A stretch of 64,000 nt of DNA from the human T2T-CHM13v2.0 reference genome, Homo sapiens: NCBI RefSeq assembly GCF_009914755.1, contig NC_060925.1; one strand, written 5' to 3'. Both the position numbers and the translations under genes were made by a program. Shown piece after piece: positions 1 to 17,354 of the stretch (within the stretch, counting starts at the first letter, position 1; every line of letters starts with the position of its first letter). A model generated the notes under the pieces. It was not told where the DNA came from. It searched no databases and saw nothing but the letters and a program-made list of their open reading frames with translations.

Positions 1-289
1 GCTTCAAATCCATGACTTGCTAGGGATTGCTCCGCTGGAGATAAGCGGAACTATGTCCAACCTCAAGTCCAGCTCCATCCAAAGTCCCTCCGCCAGACTG
101 TATTCCCACAAGGGCGAGAACCAGACTGGGTCTGCCTTGTTGGCCAGCTCATTCACAGGGCCTAAGGTGGTGCCTGTCGTTTAATATGAAAACACACCCA
201 GAGGCAGTCAGAGAGGGAGGAAGAACACAATGGCACGACTTCGAGGAAGCCAAGGAAAGACTGTTTGGGGGTTTGTGGATTTTTTTTCC

Positions 290-1228
<939 letters not shown>

Positions 1229-1272
1229 TTAAGCAAAGGAAGAGAATGGAAGGAAATCCACCAGAATGTTGA

Positions 1273-1638
<366 letters not shown>

Positions 1639-1882
1639 CTTGTGTTTTTTCATTACTCTACAATAAATATATAGGACTTGAAATTTCTGTAACGTTTTCA
1701 AAAAATTGTATATAGTATCACCTCCATTATACAGATAACACATACAGACATTTATTCACAGGAACAATGTATAAAATATCCATTAAATGTTGATAGCTAG
1801 GGATTATCTCTGGATGGTAACTTTTATTTCTTCATTGTGATTTTATGTATTTTTCCGTTTTTAAATAATAATCTTATTTTAC

Positions 1883-2035
1883 TTTTTTAAGAGACAGGGT
1901 CTTGCTCTGTCACTCAGACTGGAGTACAGTAGTGCAATCATAGCTCACTGCAGCCTCCAATTCCTGGGCTCAAGTGATCCTCCTATCTCAGCCTCCTGAA
2001 TAGTTAAGACTACAGGCATGCCACTGCACCCAGCC
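1883..2035 (-). mobile_element. Alu monomer (FRAM/AluJ right arm)
   Basis: Single antisense monomer with J-type CCTGGGCTCAAGTGATCCTCC. Confidence 0.85.
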
Positions 2036-2054
2036 CTGTTTATTATACTTTTTA

Positions 2055-2966
<912 letters not shown>

Positions 2967-3400
2967 TGTCTTAGTTTGGGTTTCCCTAGAGCAGAGCGTG
3001 AGACAGAGACTAAGCTGCTACCTGCGTCTGTTGTTGGTTGTTTATTTGTGGGGTAAGCCCAGGAAGCAGGAGTAAGGTGGCAGAGTGAGATGGGGAAGAG
3101 ATCAAGGTCACTGCTGGAGAACTTGATTTTTGGAACTGTGGGCCCAGAGAATGGATGACAGGGACATTTTTATCTGCAAGCTCCTGAGCCCCATCTGTCA
3201 AGGGCTGCTCCTGGCATGTTATCTTCCCTGCACCTCTAGGCTGTGCTTGGGCTTGGGCTGAAAACAAAAAGACGTATAACTTGTGCTGAGGTGGGACTTG
3301 TTAGCGTGGGGTGAGTCATGAGGTCAAGGGAACTGCAGCCGGGGCGCAAATTAGAGGTGAGTGGAGGAGAGGCAATACTGGCACCAGAGGCAGCTGCCAG
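2967..3400 (-). mobile_element. ERVL-class solo LTR (LTR16-like)
   Basis: Begins TGTCTTAGTTTGGGTTTCCCTAGAGCAGAGCGTGAGACA, the reverse of the LTR16 3' end; TTTATT polyA signal on minus strand. Confidence 0.65.
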
Positions 3401-3504
3401 AGAGGATAAGTGAATGTCCCACTTTACAGACTCACGCCAAACTGTCTTCCTGAGTGCTTGTGCCAATTTACACTCCCATCTGCAGCCTTTGAGAAACCCA
3501 GTGA

Positions 3505-4196
<692 letters not shown>

Positions 4197-4692
4197 CATC
4201 AGGCTTCTTAATGACCAGTTTTCTGGCTCTTGGTGGTTTTCTCTCTCTTTCGTTCTCTATCTTTCATATATATGCATTTGTGTGTATGTGTGTGTTTCTT
4301 TTAAAGTCAGAAGTAGAAAGAAATCTTATTTTTTTCAAGAGCTAGTTTACCCGTTGAGAGTGTCAGTTGTTGTAGGGGGGCCTGGAAATATAAAGACTAA
4401 GAAAGGACCTAATCATGAGGCCCCGGGTTACTGGTGACTCTGGGGGAGTGGTTGGCAGGGGAGGGAGGTTGATGAAACCTCAGGGGGATAAGGGGCGGGA
4501 CACCAGGGATGCAACAGAAGAGAGCCGGGTAAGAAGCCTGGTGGCCAAAGGAAGGAGAAGATTGCAAGGTCAGGTGGAGGGCATGTCTAGAAACGGAAGA
4601 ACTGAGTTTATAGTGAAATAAGGAGGAGCCAGGGAGGAGAGGGTGATGGAGAGGCAGAAGCAAGGGGCAGACTCCGTGTTAAGAGCAATGGG

Positions 4693-5076
<384 letters not shown>

Positions 5077-6899
5077 TTATGAGGTGTCAGAGAGGCTGAG
5101 GATGGAGGAGCACCTAGACCGGAAGGCACTTAACACTTGGTAGTTAGTTCTCTCTCCCTTCTTCCAAGAGTCTGTGGCTGAAGCGAGTCCAGATCTGGAA
5201 GCTGGGAGGTTCTGCAGGACTGGCCCTTGGCTGAGTGGGCTGCAGGCTTCGGAATCCCGTGAGTCTCAGGGAGGCCAGGTGAGAGCAGGTTTCTAGAGAG
5301 GGAGAACAAAGGGGATCCTATAAGTTGGGGAGAGATGAGGGTGATGACGGAGGAGGCCAAGGTGCTGCTGCCGAAGCAGGGAAATTGCCATTGATGAGGG
5401 TAGGGGCTGGGCCTCCCTGGCTGAGGTCCAGCAGGACAGAAGTGAAGTCAGGGCAGAAATGCGCCGGGTCCTGTCCTGCCCAAGAGGAGCCACCTCCACT
5501 TCCAGCCATGCCTGCTTATGTCGTGTGGCCAGTGCCCAGGTCCTACCCCAGCTGCTCCTCCTCCTTCGTCCCCATCTCAGGTCCTGGGATCCTTCCACTG
5601 TGTTCTCCCAGCCAGAAATCTGGGTGTCAGCCTTGCCTCCCCAACTCAGCAGCCATCTAGGGTATGGACTCAGCCTCACTCTGCTTTTCCCAGGAGGTTC
5701 CCAGGGTTAGGGCACCTTCCTGCAGCCCCAGGCAGCTGTCGTCTGGCAGGACTCCCTTCCGTCGTTACGCAGGAGGCTGGGGGCTTCACTGGCTCCCTCT
5801 GGCTCCCAGAAGGATCCATCATGGATTCAGCTGAGGGAGCTCTCAGTCTCGCCTTCCTGAGATGCACTGATTTTTGGGAACTGGCTTCTCAAGCTGCTGG
5901 GGAAGGGTGGGGAGGGCAAAATTTCATTTTCCATGGATGCCTTTGTGCACATCCCTCAACCTGGCTTTATGAGCTGTGGGAAGGAGGGAAGCAGGGGCGG
6001 ATCTGGACCACACTGAGCAGCTAGGAGGTGAATTCTGGAGGCAGAGCAGTTTCTGCAAATCACGCTAGCCCGGGGCACTCCCTAACCTGCCCATCCTGTG
6101 CCCGCCTAGTCTCGGCCAGCAGGCAGCAGGCACCATTGCTTTGCACTGTGCACGTCAGGCCCTTCCAGGCCCTTCAGCAGAAGGCAGTGGGGCCGCTCAG
6201 CCAGCAGTCACCACTGCTGTCCACAGCTCCACTGACCCAGCCCAACATGCCGCAGCTCACTTTGTCACCCCGCCTCCCAGGTTCTCTGATTTGCTAAAGG
6301 ACGTGTTCATGGTTGTCTATCTTATGAACTGGAAAACCAGAGCAGATCCTCAGGGCCTCAAGCAAGAGGCTCAGTGTTACAGGGCTTGCAGCTCCATGTC
6401 CTGAGGCTCAGTTCCTGCCTAGAGATGGACACCGCTGTCCCCCCAGGGCCACCAGCACCAGGACCCTCTGAAGCTGCCAGGTGCCCGTGCCCCTTGGGGC
6501 CTCCTCCCAAGGCCCTTGCTCTTCTGCACCGAAGGTCATGCCTACTGCCCCGGGACACTGCTAACTAGCTGTGGGTCACTGGCAAGTGTGTTGGTCATTG
6601 TTTGTGCCTCCGACAGTGCTCTATGCAGTCACCACTCAACCTGGTTGCACCTCTAAGTCCTGGGCTGCAGCCAAGGTGGCTGGATTTCCTGTGCCTCTGA
6701 GCTGCTAGCTGCTATGGACACAGCCAGATGCTCCAAGGCTCCTGATCCTTGTCCCGAGGGCATGTGAACCGACACAGCCAGGAGGAAACCGGAGCGCTGA
6801 CTGCTGCAGGTGCATGTGCTTGTGCTTATGAAAAGTGGCCCTTTTCTGAGGCCGCCAGGTGCTGCTGGCAGCCTGACCCAGGCTGCTGAGGGACACACT

Positions 6900-7330
6900 T
6901 GGATCAACATGCTTTATACTGCCAATGGCGACCTGGGTCACCTGGCCCGGCTAGGGTTTGTCAGGTTTCTTCACTGAGAAGATGACTCTTCTCCTGTCCA
7001 TGCTCCCTTCCATACTTACCCTTAGGAAGGAAGTCATTATGCACAGATGCACAGCCCACGTTTAAGCAGTGGGGCTCATGTGCCACCTCCTTGAGGGTGG
7101 ACTATCTACATAAATTATTTGGAATCTGTATGGGAGATTTGTCTCTTCTCATTCATTTATTTATATCATTTGTTCAGTCATTTATATTGCTCTGGACTCA
7201 CGGGTATTGATTTTATACTTTGGGTTGTAATCCATTGCTACTTTATTTGGTTTGTTGCTCGAACTATTCCAGTTTTGGCTGTTGGAGGCTCTTTTAGCCC
7301 CCAGAAGTTTTGGCTGTTGGGGGCTCTGGG
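6900..7330 (-). mobile_element. Old LINE-1 3' fragment (L1MC4-like)
   Basis: TTTGTCAGGTTTC..CTACATAAATTATTTGGAATC..TTTATACTTTGGGTTGTAATCC typical of L1MC4. Confidence 0.7.
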
Positions 7331-7829
7331 TCTCTTTAACATTTTGTTGTACCCCCATTATTGTGGGGTGGGATATATCTCCTACCTCCTTGAAGACTTT
7401 CCACTCCCCTGATGACAAACATCAAATGCCGTTGAGACTCCAATTCACCCCTCCCTCACTCACCCCTGCCACTTGCTACTCCGGACCCTGAGCCCTGGCT
7501 GGGCCTCTGGTCCTGGGGATCTCAGAGCTGCTGGACACATTGAACTTTGAACCTTGCCCTTCCCTTCCCTCTGCCCAGCCACTATCACGCACAAACAATG
7601 CCCTTTCCCCTGGTTGAGTCTGTCTGTCCTCCAGTTCCAGCCTCCAAAAAGCTTTATCACTTTAGTGCCAAAGCTGCCAACTTCAGTGTATATGAACAAA
7701 CGTACTTAAAGGACAAAACAAAACAAAAAGACCTGCCTCTCTATTGCCTTTGAAACCTACCTTATCTTCTTCACTCCCACACTTTAGATAAATGTCCATT
7801 TGCCTGCAACTGTTTTTATCACACACCCT

Positions 7830-7965
7830 CTCATTGGCCAGGGTAGTGTCATGGTCTCTGGAATCCTCCAGACTCTGATTCCAATCCCGGTGACCCTAGG
7901 CAGTGAGTTGATCCCTCAAAGCCTCACTTTTAGTCATCTGTAAAAGAGAGTCAGTAATAGCCTCC
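7830..7965 (+). mobile_element. MIR fragment
   Basis: GTGACCCTAGGCAGTGAGT..GCCTCACTTT..CATCTGTAAAA core. Confidence 0.6.
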
Positions 7966-8324
7966 AAATAGCTCACACTGATTCATCACCACTGTTGATG
8001 TCAGGGGATAACTTATGAAAAGTACCTAATATCCTTTGCCTGCCAGGCCCTTCCTTCCTCCATCTGGGGAATCCAAGGTCTGGGTTTCAGTCTCCATGAA
8101 ACCTTTCCCAACCAACCGGCTGGAGCGAGTGATTCCTTCCTGCCTGCCTGCACCTCCCTAGTACTTCGAGCGATTATTTGCTGACTCTCAGCTCCATCCC
8201 ACCCCACCTCCAAACAGGCTGCCCAATGGTCAGAGTCATGCTGCATTAGAGCCAGGGGGTTAGGAAGAAAGGTCATGGACTTGGACTTGGACATCACACT
8301 TCAGTGTGATCTGCATTGGGACTG

Positions 8325-8510
8325 TGGCTCTGCACCTCAGCTGCTTGGCCTTAGCAAGTCCCCTAACCTCTTTGAGCTTCCTTTTCCTTATTTATAAAAT
8401 TGTGATAACAGTAGTTATTTTATACGAATGCTGTGGAGATTTAAGTACATAATCCATGTCAAGCATTTCACATAATGCCCAGCACTCAGAAAGTGCTTAA
8501 TAAACGGTCC
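8325..8510 (+). mobile_element. MIR fragment
   Basis: CAAGTCCCCTAACCTCTTTGAGC..TAAAAT..CAGCACTCAGAAAGTGCTTAATAAA. Confidence 0.7.
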
Positions 8511-8911
8511 CTTCCTCTCTTCTTAATATCAGGCAGGCTGCTCTGCCAGGCTCCGTTTATTGATGGATTCAAGGTTAAAAATAGAGCGGCAGCCTTGGGG
8601 AGTAGGTCCTTCAGAGCTGGGAACTGACACCTTTGGTGCTGTGAATAGGGAAGGAGCCTGCCTCTCCCTTCAGGGGCCTCTCAGAGAAACACAAATCTTG
8701 ATGCCTCTGGCCTTTCTCTCATTGATTTCCAGGGCAGGCGTGCAGAGGCCAGACTGCTCGGCTGGCAAGCTCAGACCAGAGGCTCTGCGATCAAACGCGC
8801 TGGCTTCTTACCCCAGCCCTGCCATTCAGTGGCTGTGTGACCTTGGGCAAGCAGTGTTTCCTCTCAGAGGATCATCAGGGAAACTGACAATGCTAACAAC
8901 ATTGATTTTTT

Positions 8912-8963
8912 TATATATATTACATATATATATCACACATATATTACATATATATATTACATA

Positions 8964-9024
<61 letters not shown>
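8912..9024. repeat. Compound (TA)n/(TG)n microsatellite
   Basis: Degenerate TATAC units, (TG)n, then a long pure (TA)n run. Confidence 0.95.
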
Positions 9025-9028
<4 letters not shown>

Positions 9029-9914
9029 CAAACAACCGATACTGGCAGAGACCTTGTGGTTGATGACCAATCAGCTCTGGGACTCAGGGTAATGGTGTCC
9101 CCTCTCTGAGCCTCAGTTTCCATCTCTCTGAATCAGACACAGCAGCCCTGACTTACAAAGCTGTTGTGAGGATGCAGCAAGGTCATGGATAGCAGCTGCT
9201 GACAGCGGTAACGCCTGACGGGCACCTGAGTTATCTAATAGTCCATCTTCCAGTCTGAGGGTATGGGGAGACACATTTATTTTAGCTGTTTGTAACTATT
9301 GATCCATCAGCCTTGGAAAATGCAAAGAAATGCATCAACAGAAAAACCCTTCACATCTTGAGTTGCTAACAGGCTGGTCCTGCCAGTGGGTAAACAACTT
9401 CTGTGCGATTGACTTCCCCTGCCATCAGCTCAGCACTCTTGGCAACTTGTTTTGTTACCTAGGACAAGACACTGGTTTAATTAAAGCAGATCCTGAATTG
9501 TGGGCAGGAGCTCCCACTTTCCCTTCTGCAGGGAATCTTAGCAGTGATGTCAAAGGGCATAAATCTGACTTCCAGGGCCACTGAGCCAGCCTTCTTCAAG
9601 CAGACATGCAGGGGCTGGATGGTCCATGACCTCAGGGCCACACTCATGGGTTGTTTCTTCCTTCCCTTCCTGGGACTGGTCTATCAGGCTCCAAACCCCT
9701 GTCCCTCCCTCATTTCTGACCCTGAGATGGATACAGAACTTCATGACAATAACATTAATAAAAATACACAATCCTGGCCAGGCACCGGTTTACACAGTCC
9801 CAGCTCTGGGATTATAGCTGTGAGCCACTGCATCTGGCCTACCATTGTTATTTTAAATCTTTCTTGACCTGAACCCTCAGTTCATTTTTAAAACTCTTCC
9901 TTTGGCAGGACAAA

Positions 9915-10510
<596 letters not shown>

Positions 10511-10852
10511 TACATACACAATTCCATCACATTGCAGTCCTCAAGGGAGATTTCTGCAAGAGCTCAAGAGCCCTGGGCCAAGGCACTACATGCAAAGGCT
10601 CTCTTCCCTGCCACCTGCAACCTCTGCACCTAACAAGCGAGAAGAAATTCATGTTTTGCCCACGCTGAGCAGGATGATCACCTGAGGATACGAGTAACCC
10701 ATATAGGACTGCTGTCACCAGGTGGGGGCGTTGATCTGACAGCATCCTATAAGAGTCCAGGCTCTCGATTCTCATTCTCTTGGGTTTCAGTCCCGGCTAT
10801 AGCTTTGGGTGACTCTAGGCCACACTCTTAACCTCTCAAACTGTTAGTTCCT

Positions 10853-11303
10853 CAGTGTGTGCCCCTTGAATAACATGGGGGCACTGACCCCTGCATAGTC
10901 AAAAATCCACGTATGTGAATAACTTTTGACTCCCCCAAAACTTAACTACTAACAGCCTACTATGGACTGGAAGTCTTACCAATAACATGAACAGTTGATT
11001 AACACATATCTTGTATGTTTTATATATATTATATACTGTATTCATACCACAAAGTAAGCTAGAGAAAAGAAAATGTTATTAAGAAAATCATAAGGACAAG
11101 AAAATACATTTACTACTCCTTACGTGGAAACAGATCATGGATCATCATAAAGGTCTTCACAACCTTGTCGTCTTCATGCTGAGTAGGCTGAAGAGGAGGA
11201 AGAGGAGGGCTTGGTCCTGCTGTCTCAGGGGTGGCAGAGGCAGAAGAAAATCTGCATGAGAGTGGACCACACCATTCAAACGTGTGTTGTTCAAGGTTCA
11301 GCT
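10853..11303. mobile_element. Tigger2a (MER28)-like TcMar DNA transposon
   Basis: Degenerate TIRs CCCTTGAATAAC / GTTGTTCAAGG; internal AAAGTAAGCTAGAGAAAAGAAAATGTTATTAAGAAAATCATAAGG. Confidence 0.85.
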
Positions 11304-11319
11304 CCATATGTATTTGTTT

Positions 11320-11670
11320 ATTTGCGTGTTTATTAGTATTCTTGCTTGTAGACAACAGAGTCCACTCTGGCTAGTTTCCGTAGAAGGAAAATTTATTTAG
11401 GGATGTTAGAGAAACAGGATCTGGATGCAGCTTTCAAGAGCCTCTCCAAGAAGCATATTGCAGAATCAGACTCATGGAGGACCTGCCACCACTGTCACTG
11501 ACTCCAGGCCACACTGCTTTAACTGCCACCAGGCTGGCAGAAAAAGGATGCCCTGCACACAGCTATTCCCATGCATAGCTCATCACTCAGTTGGCGTCTC
11601 AGGTGGGCAAGGATGATTGGAGGAACCAAGGTCACATGCCTGCACCCTAGCTGCAAGGGAGGCTCACTTG
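11320..11670. mobile_element. Old MaLR LTR fragment (MLT1-type)
   Basis: GGTCACATGCCTGCACCCTAGCTGCAAGGGAGGCT motif of MLT1 LTRs. Confidence 0.5.
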
Positions 11671-11911
11671 GCTCTGAGGAGGAACTCAAGATATCAGGAA
11701 TCCCACTCCAACGTCTTCCACTTGATTGCTTTCTTGGGTCCCTAGTAAGTAGTTCGAATGCAAAAGAAGTTGGAAATTTTAAGCTAAAAACAAGTTATGT
11801 TAAAGAAGAAAAAATCTGGAGAATTTAATTAGAAGTAGTTCTTCACCAATAGACAGCCAATCAACTGTAAGTTCAGGCAAGCTGTCCTGCTGCATCAGAA
11901 ACGTTTAAAAA

Positions 11912-12032
11912 CCTGTATTCCCAGCTACTGGGGAGGATCGTTTGAACCCAGGAATTCAAGGCTGCAGTGAGCTATGATCACGCCACTGCACTCCAGTCTG
12001 GGCAACAGAGCAAGACCTCTCTAAAAACGAAA

Positions 12033-12037
<5 letters not shown>
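11912..12037 (+). mobile_element. Partial AluJ/FRAM right arm
   Basis: CCCAGCTACT..GAGCTATGATCACGCCACTGCACTCCAG. Confidence 0.85.

Positions 12038-12038
<1 letters not shown>

Positions 12039-12084
<46 letters not shown>
12039..12084. repeat. (CA)23 microsatellite in an Alu tail
   Basis: Pure CA run. Confidence 0.97.
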
Positions 12085-12089
<5 letters not shown>

Positions 12090-12699
12090 AAATGCTGAAA
12101 GGATTGCTTTCTTTTCCACAATAAGTAAAAATCCTCCAGAAAACAAGAGGAAAGGAAAGGGAACCAATACTTGTGTGTTTATTGTGTGCTAAGCATTTTA
12201 CATGTATTCTTTCTTTTAATTTTATTTATTCATTTTTTGAGACAGAGTCTCACAGACAGGAATTTTTTAAATTGTTGAGCAGCAGTGAAAGATAAATGGT
12301 CAGTACAGCTTCCTTCCTGTGTCCCTCAATTAGACTGTAAACTCCAGGTAGGCAGGTACCTTGAATATCTTGTTCATCACTGTATCTCCAGCACCTAACA
12401 TGGAGCCTGTGATGAAGAAACAGATAAAGGAAACGTAAACAATAATAGAACCACCTCAACTTTGAGGCTTCTGGCCAGCTTACCATCTCTCAAGGGGCTA
12501 CGTCTCCAAACCTTTGGAAGAGCTCTTCCTTATTCATGGAATGTCCGTTCCTCCACACCCCCTTGCCTGATGGTGAAGTTGTCTCTGTCTTTCTATTCTC
12601 AGCTTTGACTCACCTCCTCCTGGAGGGTTTCCTTGATGTACACCTCCATGCCTATCACCTCTGTTGGCATCACCACCACATCCTTGCCCTAACAGCTAG

Positions 12700-12925
12700 T
12701 TTTGTATGGTAGTTAAGAAGGCAAGCTCTGAAGTCCAACTGCCTGATTTCGAATACTGGCTTCAGCTCTTATTGGCTGTTGGTGCTTAGGTAAGTCGTGT
12801 GGCCATTCTGAGGATCATTCTCCTCGTCTGTAAAATGGGGCTAAAAATAGTAGCTAAATCACAGGATTGTTGTGGTTTTAAATGAGATAGTATATGCAAG
12901 TTCTTAGAATGGGGCCCGGTACAGA
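12700..12925 (+). mobile_element. MIR
   Basis: GGTAGTTAAGA..TCGAATACTGGCT..CTGTAAAATGGGG..GGATTGTTGTG. Confidence 0.75.
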
Positions 12926-13709
12926 GAGAGAGGGAGCGTGCAAACAACCTCTGCTGCTGTTGCAATTCTTTACTCTTCTAGAACTTAGCAGGGCAATATT
13001 GTAATTGTTTTCCAGTTTGTATTCCCAACTTAACTGAGGCCTTCTGGAGTCAGGAACTGGAGTGTCCTTTACTCCCATACCTCTTCATGCACCTGCCATC
13101 CAGATCAGATGTTCACATAATATTTGTTGTATAAACTCAAAGAAATCACAAATGCAAAGATGGAAAGATAAAACGTTTAGGGTGTGTATAATAGAAAAAT
13201 AACTAAAACTAAAATGTCACCTGGGAGTGGGGAAAATGGAAAATGGCTAATAGCTACGTGGTGTAAAGATTTTATACACATCAATAAAAAATATCTGAGT
13301 TGCTAAGACAGATGGGTACAAAGGTCATGAGCAGGCAATTTAAGTAACTAAATAGAAATAGTAAGTAAAATATGGAAGAATACTCAGTCTTCCACAAATG
13401 AGCTACAAATGATAGCAACAGTATCATAGAATGCAGAATTAAATATAGAACCATCCATAACTGAGAAATGTCCAATGGCAGAAGAATGGTTACATAAATA
13501 ATGATATATTGGCTCAATGGCATGGTGTTCCACCATAAAATAATTATGAAAATGTTGAAACGAGTGTTTATGACATAGAAAGTTTGCAAGCAGATTGCAG
13601 AACTAAACTTAAAGCATCATCACCGTGTGCGAAATGTTCATCTGGACTTGATCGAAGCTTGGCAGAGAATATAAGAAAATGAACACAGTTGCCTTGATAA
13701 AAGAGAGAA

Positions 13710-13950
13710 ACCTTACTGAGTGCCCCCATAGCCCTGACTCCATGCCCAGGGCTTATACACATACGATCTCACTGAATCCTCCAGTTCTCCCCAGCTCCCT
13801 GTGAGCTAAGAGTCATTCCCCTTTACAGGTAAGGCAGCTAAGGCAAAGAGAAGGGCAAGAAAACCTGCCTGAGGTGGTGCAGGCAGTAATTAGCAGAGAG
13901 GCGTGCCAACCCTGGTGTGTTGGACTCCATGTTCGGTGCTCTTTCCAACT
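13710..13950 (-). mobile_element. MIR
   Basis: TTACTGAGTGCC..CCCCTTTACAGGTAAGG..GACTCCA. Confidence 0.6.
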
Positions 13951-14785
13951 CATCAGATGTGTAAGATGGATGTGATCCAATAGTTTTATTTCTCTTTAAA
14001 CATTGCCTTTAGTGCTGTTTAAATGTCACTTGCGCAATTAAAACACAATTAAAAGAAAAACCAAAGCTGTCTCAGGAAGGCAGCTTAGTCTCTGTTCCTC
14101 CAGAGAGCTCCATGGACCAGAACCCCACCCTGCTCCTGGTCGACACTCATGGTTTTGCCCAAACAATCCCAGGACACAGCCCTGCTGAATTTTCTGTCCC
14201 TCTTCATTGGATTTAAAGCCCACAGGAGGCATCTGGCATTTCCTCCACCCCTCTCACCAAGACTCTCCTTTCATTTGAAGGTGCCCAGGAACTCTAGTTA
14301 CCCGTGTCATGGGGACCCCAGTACTATTGTCAGTATTTCAGAAAGCCAAATAGAAATTGTGCTATCATCCTAACAAGGCCTTGTGGGCTGACAGAGTGCC
14401 CCTACTGTCCATCCTTGGATGAAAATGTGTGCTGACCCTGTGCGCCAGGAAAAAACGTACAGAATCCCAGGTTGCTGAGTTTAGGGGAGTCAGGGAGGTC
14501 TCCCTGGGGAGTGGACTTTTCCAGCTGAGATCTGGAGGGTGAGTAGGAGTCAGCCAGGCGAAGAACAGAAGAAAGAGGCTCACTCTGTTGTCCAGGCTGA
14601 AGTTCAGTGGCACAATCATAGCTCATCATAACCTTGAAGTCAAACCAAAAGTAACATAAAAGAGAACGCACTGATGCAACACGTAAGATAGAAATGAAGA
14701 AAGAAAAATTAAATGAGAAAAAAATTTTAAAGTTTAAATGATAAGAGAGAAAATGTGAGACCCTGTCTCTAAAAACAATAAAATA

Positions 14786-15066
14786 GGCCGAGCACAGTGG
14801 CTCACACTTGTAATCCCAGTACTTTGGGAGGCAGAGGCGGGCGGATCACCTGAGGTCGGGAGTTTAAGACCAGCCTGACCAACATGGAGAAACCTCGTCT
14901 CTACTAAAAATACAAAATTAGCCAGGAGTGGTGGCACATGCCTGTAATCCCAGCTACTCGGGAGGCTGAGGCAGGAGAATCGCTTGAACCCGGGAGGCGG
15001 AGATTGCGCCATTGCACTCCAGCTTGGGCAACAAGAGCGAAACTCCGTCTCAAAAAAAAAAAAAAA
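14786..15066 (+). mobile_element. AluSp-like with a right-arm deletion
   Basis: GGAGAAAC and AACAAGAGCG diagnostics; lacks GGTTGCAGTGAGCCGA. Confidence 0.92.
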
Positions 15067-15129
15067 GCCCTGAGGCAGGAAAGATGGGGAGCTTTCAAGA
15101 AAATGAAATGAAAGACGCACTGTGGACCA

Positions 15130-15261
15130 TGTGTGGAGGCTCACGCCTGTGCTGGCTCACTCCCAGCACTTTGGGAGGCTGAGGCGGGCAGACCGCTTGA
15201 GGTCAGGAGTTCAAGACCAGCCTGGCCAACATGGTGAAACCCCATTTCTACTAAAAATACA
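15130..15261 (+). mobile_element. Alu left arm only
   Basis: Left monomer ending CTAAAAATACA. Confidence 0.85.
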
Positions 15262-15340
15262 ATGACCCCAAAAAACCATATACACATGTCAAAGTCACTG
15301 AAGAAGGAAACTCAAATAATGGTATCAAAACAATATTCTA

Positions 15341-15684
<344 letters not shown>

Positions 15685-15759
15685 TATATATGCTATTTAA
15701 AAAGTATTAGATTTTAAAGTTAAGAAAGATTCCTTTGAGAATCTAAACATAAAGGAACA

Positions 15760-15935
15760 AGTTACTTAAAAATCCCAGGCTGGCCTCTGGCTTCTTTACA
15801 GCAACATCCAGCATTAGCATACAATAGACAGATACCTACAAAGTCATCAAGGAGAGAAAGTGTGACTCAAGAATTTTATTTTCAGCCAAACTGTTGTTGA
15901 AGGAGAAAGGCAAAAGACAAAATTTTTGAACATGT
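15760..15935 (+). mobile_element. LINE-1/HAL1 ORF1 fragment
   Basis: GACTCAAGAATTTTATTTTCAGCCAAACTG encodes DSRILFSAKL, similar to the ORF1p PRILYPAKL motif. Confidence 0.6.
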
Positions 15936-16055
15936 GTGGGAAGTTTGGAGGCTGAGGCAGCTGCACAGTCTGGATTTGTTGGAAGAATAGGATTTTTTTC
16001 CTTATGGTGACCCAGAGTTTTACTTAGGGGTTCATTCACACATTTATCCAACAGA

Positions 16056-16375
16056 TTTTTTTTTCTCTCTCTCTCTCTCTTTTGAAACAGGGTCTTGTTC
16101 TGTTGCCCAGGCTGGAATGCAATGACGTGATCACGGCTCACAGCAGCCTGGACCTTCTGGGCTCAAGCGATCCTCCCACCACATTCCCCCAACCCGAGTA
16201 GCTGGGACCACAGGTGTGTGCCACCATGCCGGGCTAATTTTTTTTTTTTTAATTTTTTGTAGAGATGGGGTCTCCCTAGTTTGCCCATGCTGGTCTTCAA
16301 CTCCCCGCTCAAGTGATCTTCCTGCCTCAGCCTCCCAAAGTGTTGGGATTACAGGCATGAGCCACCATGCCTGGC
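16056..16375 (-). mobile_element. AluJ
   Basis: Antisense Alu, (CT)n in tail, TSD AACAGATT. Confidence 0.92.
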
Positions 16376-16550
16376 TTAAACAGATTCTTAAAGACTAGAG
16401 AAGGTGTTGGGCCCTGTGTCCGGAACTGTCTTATACCAAATGCTAAGAAGGGTGAGGGGAAAGTGTCTTTGCAGAGATGAGTTGGCCTTTGAAGGTGAGT
16501 CAGAGTAACTGAGAGGAAGGGGATCCCAGGCAAAGAAAAGGGCATGAGCA

Positions 16551-16862
<312 letters not shown>

Positions 16863-17056
16863 GGAAAGGGCGTGAGCAAAGGCAGTGGGCATGGAGGCAC
16901 GGAGCAGATATTCTAAGGCAGAGGCCAAGCTGTCATCATGGATAGGACCTGAAATGTCCAGGTGTTTGGAATGGGAGAAATGGGTAAACCCGGAAGGCTC
17001 AGGGTTGGGAAAGAGGGAGAGAGCCTGGACACTGGTCTTTCAAGAGGCTCAAACTT

Positions 17057-17354
17057 GGCTGGACGCAGTAGCTCACGCCTGTAACCCCAGCAATTTGGAA
17101 GGCCGAGGCAGACAGATCACTTGAGACCAGGAGTTTGAGACCAGTCTGGCCAACATGGTGAAATCCTGTCTCTACCAAAAGTACAAAAATTAGCTGGGCT
17201 TAATGGCGCACGCCTGTAATCCAGCTACTCGGGAGGCTGAGTCAGAAAAATTGCTTGAACCTGGGAGGTGGAGGTTGTAGTGAGCTGAGATTTCGCCACT
17301 GAACTCACTCCTGCCTGGGCGACAGAGTGAGACTCAATCTAAAAAAAAAAAAAA
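17057..17354 (+). mobile_element. AluS
   Basis: Dimeric Alu with A-tail. Confidence 0.93.

Noticed and set aside
5293-6568. Overlapping ORFs on both strands suggesting an exon or processed pseudogene
   Set aside because: No recognisable protein, no consistent frame, no poly-A tail or TSD.
10712-10732. CTCF-like motif CACCAGGTGGGGGCG
   Set aside because: Mismatches at core positions in either register; unsupported without ChIP data.
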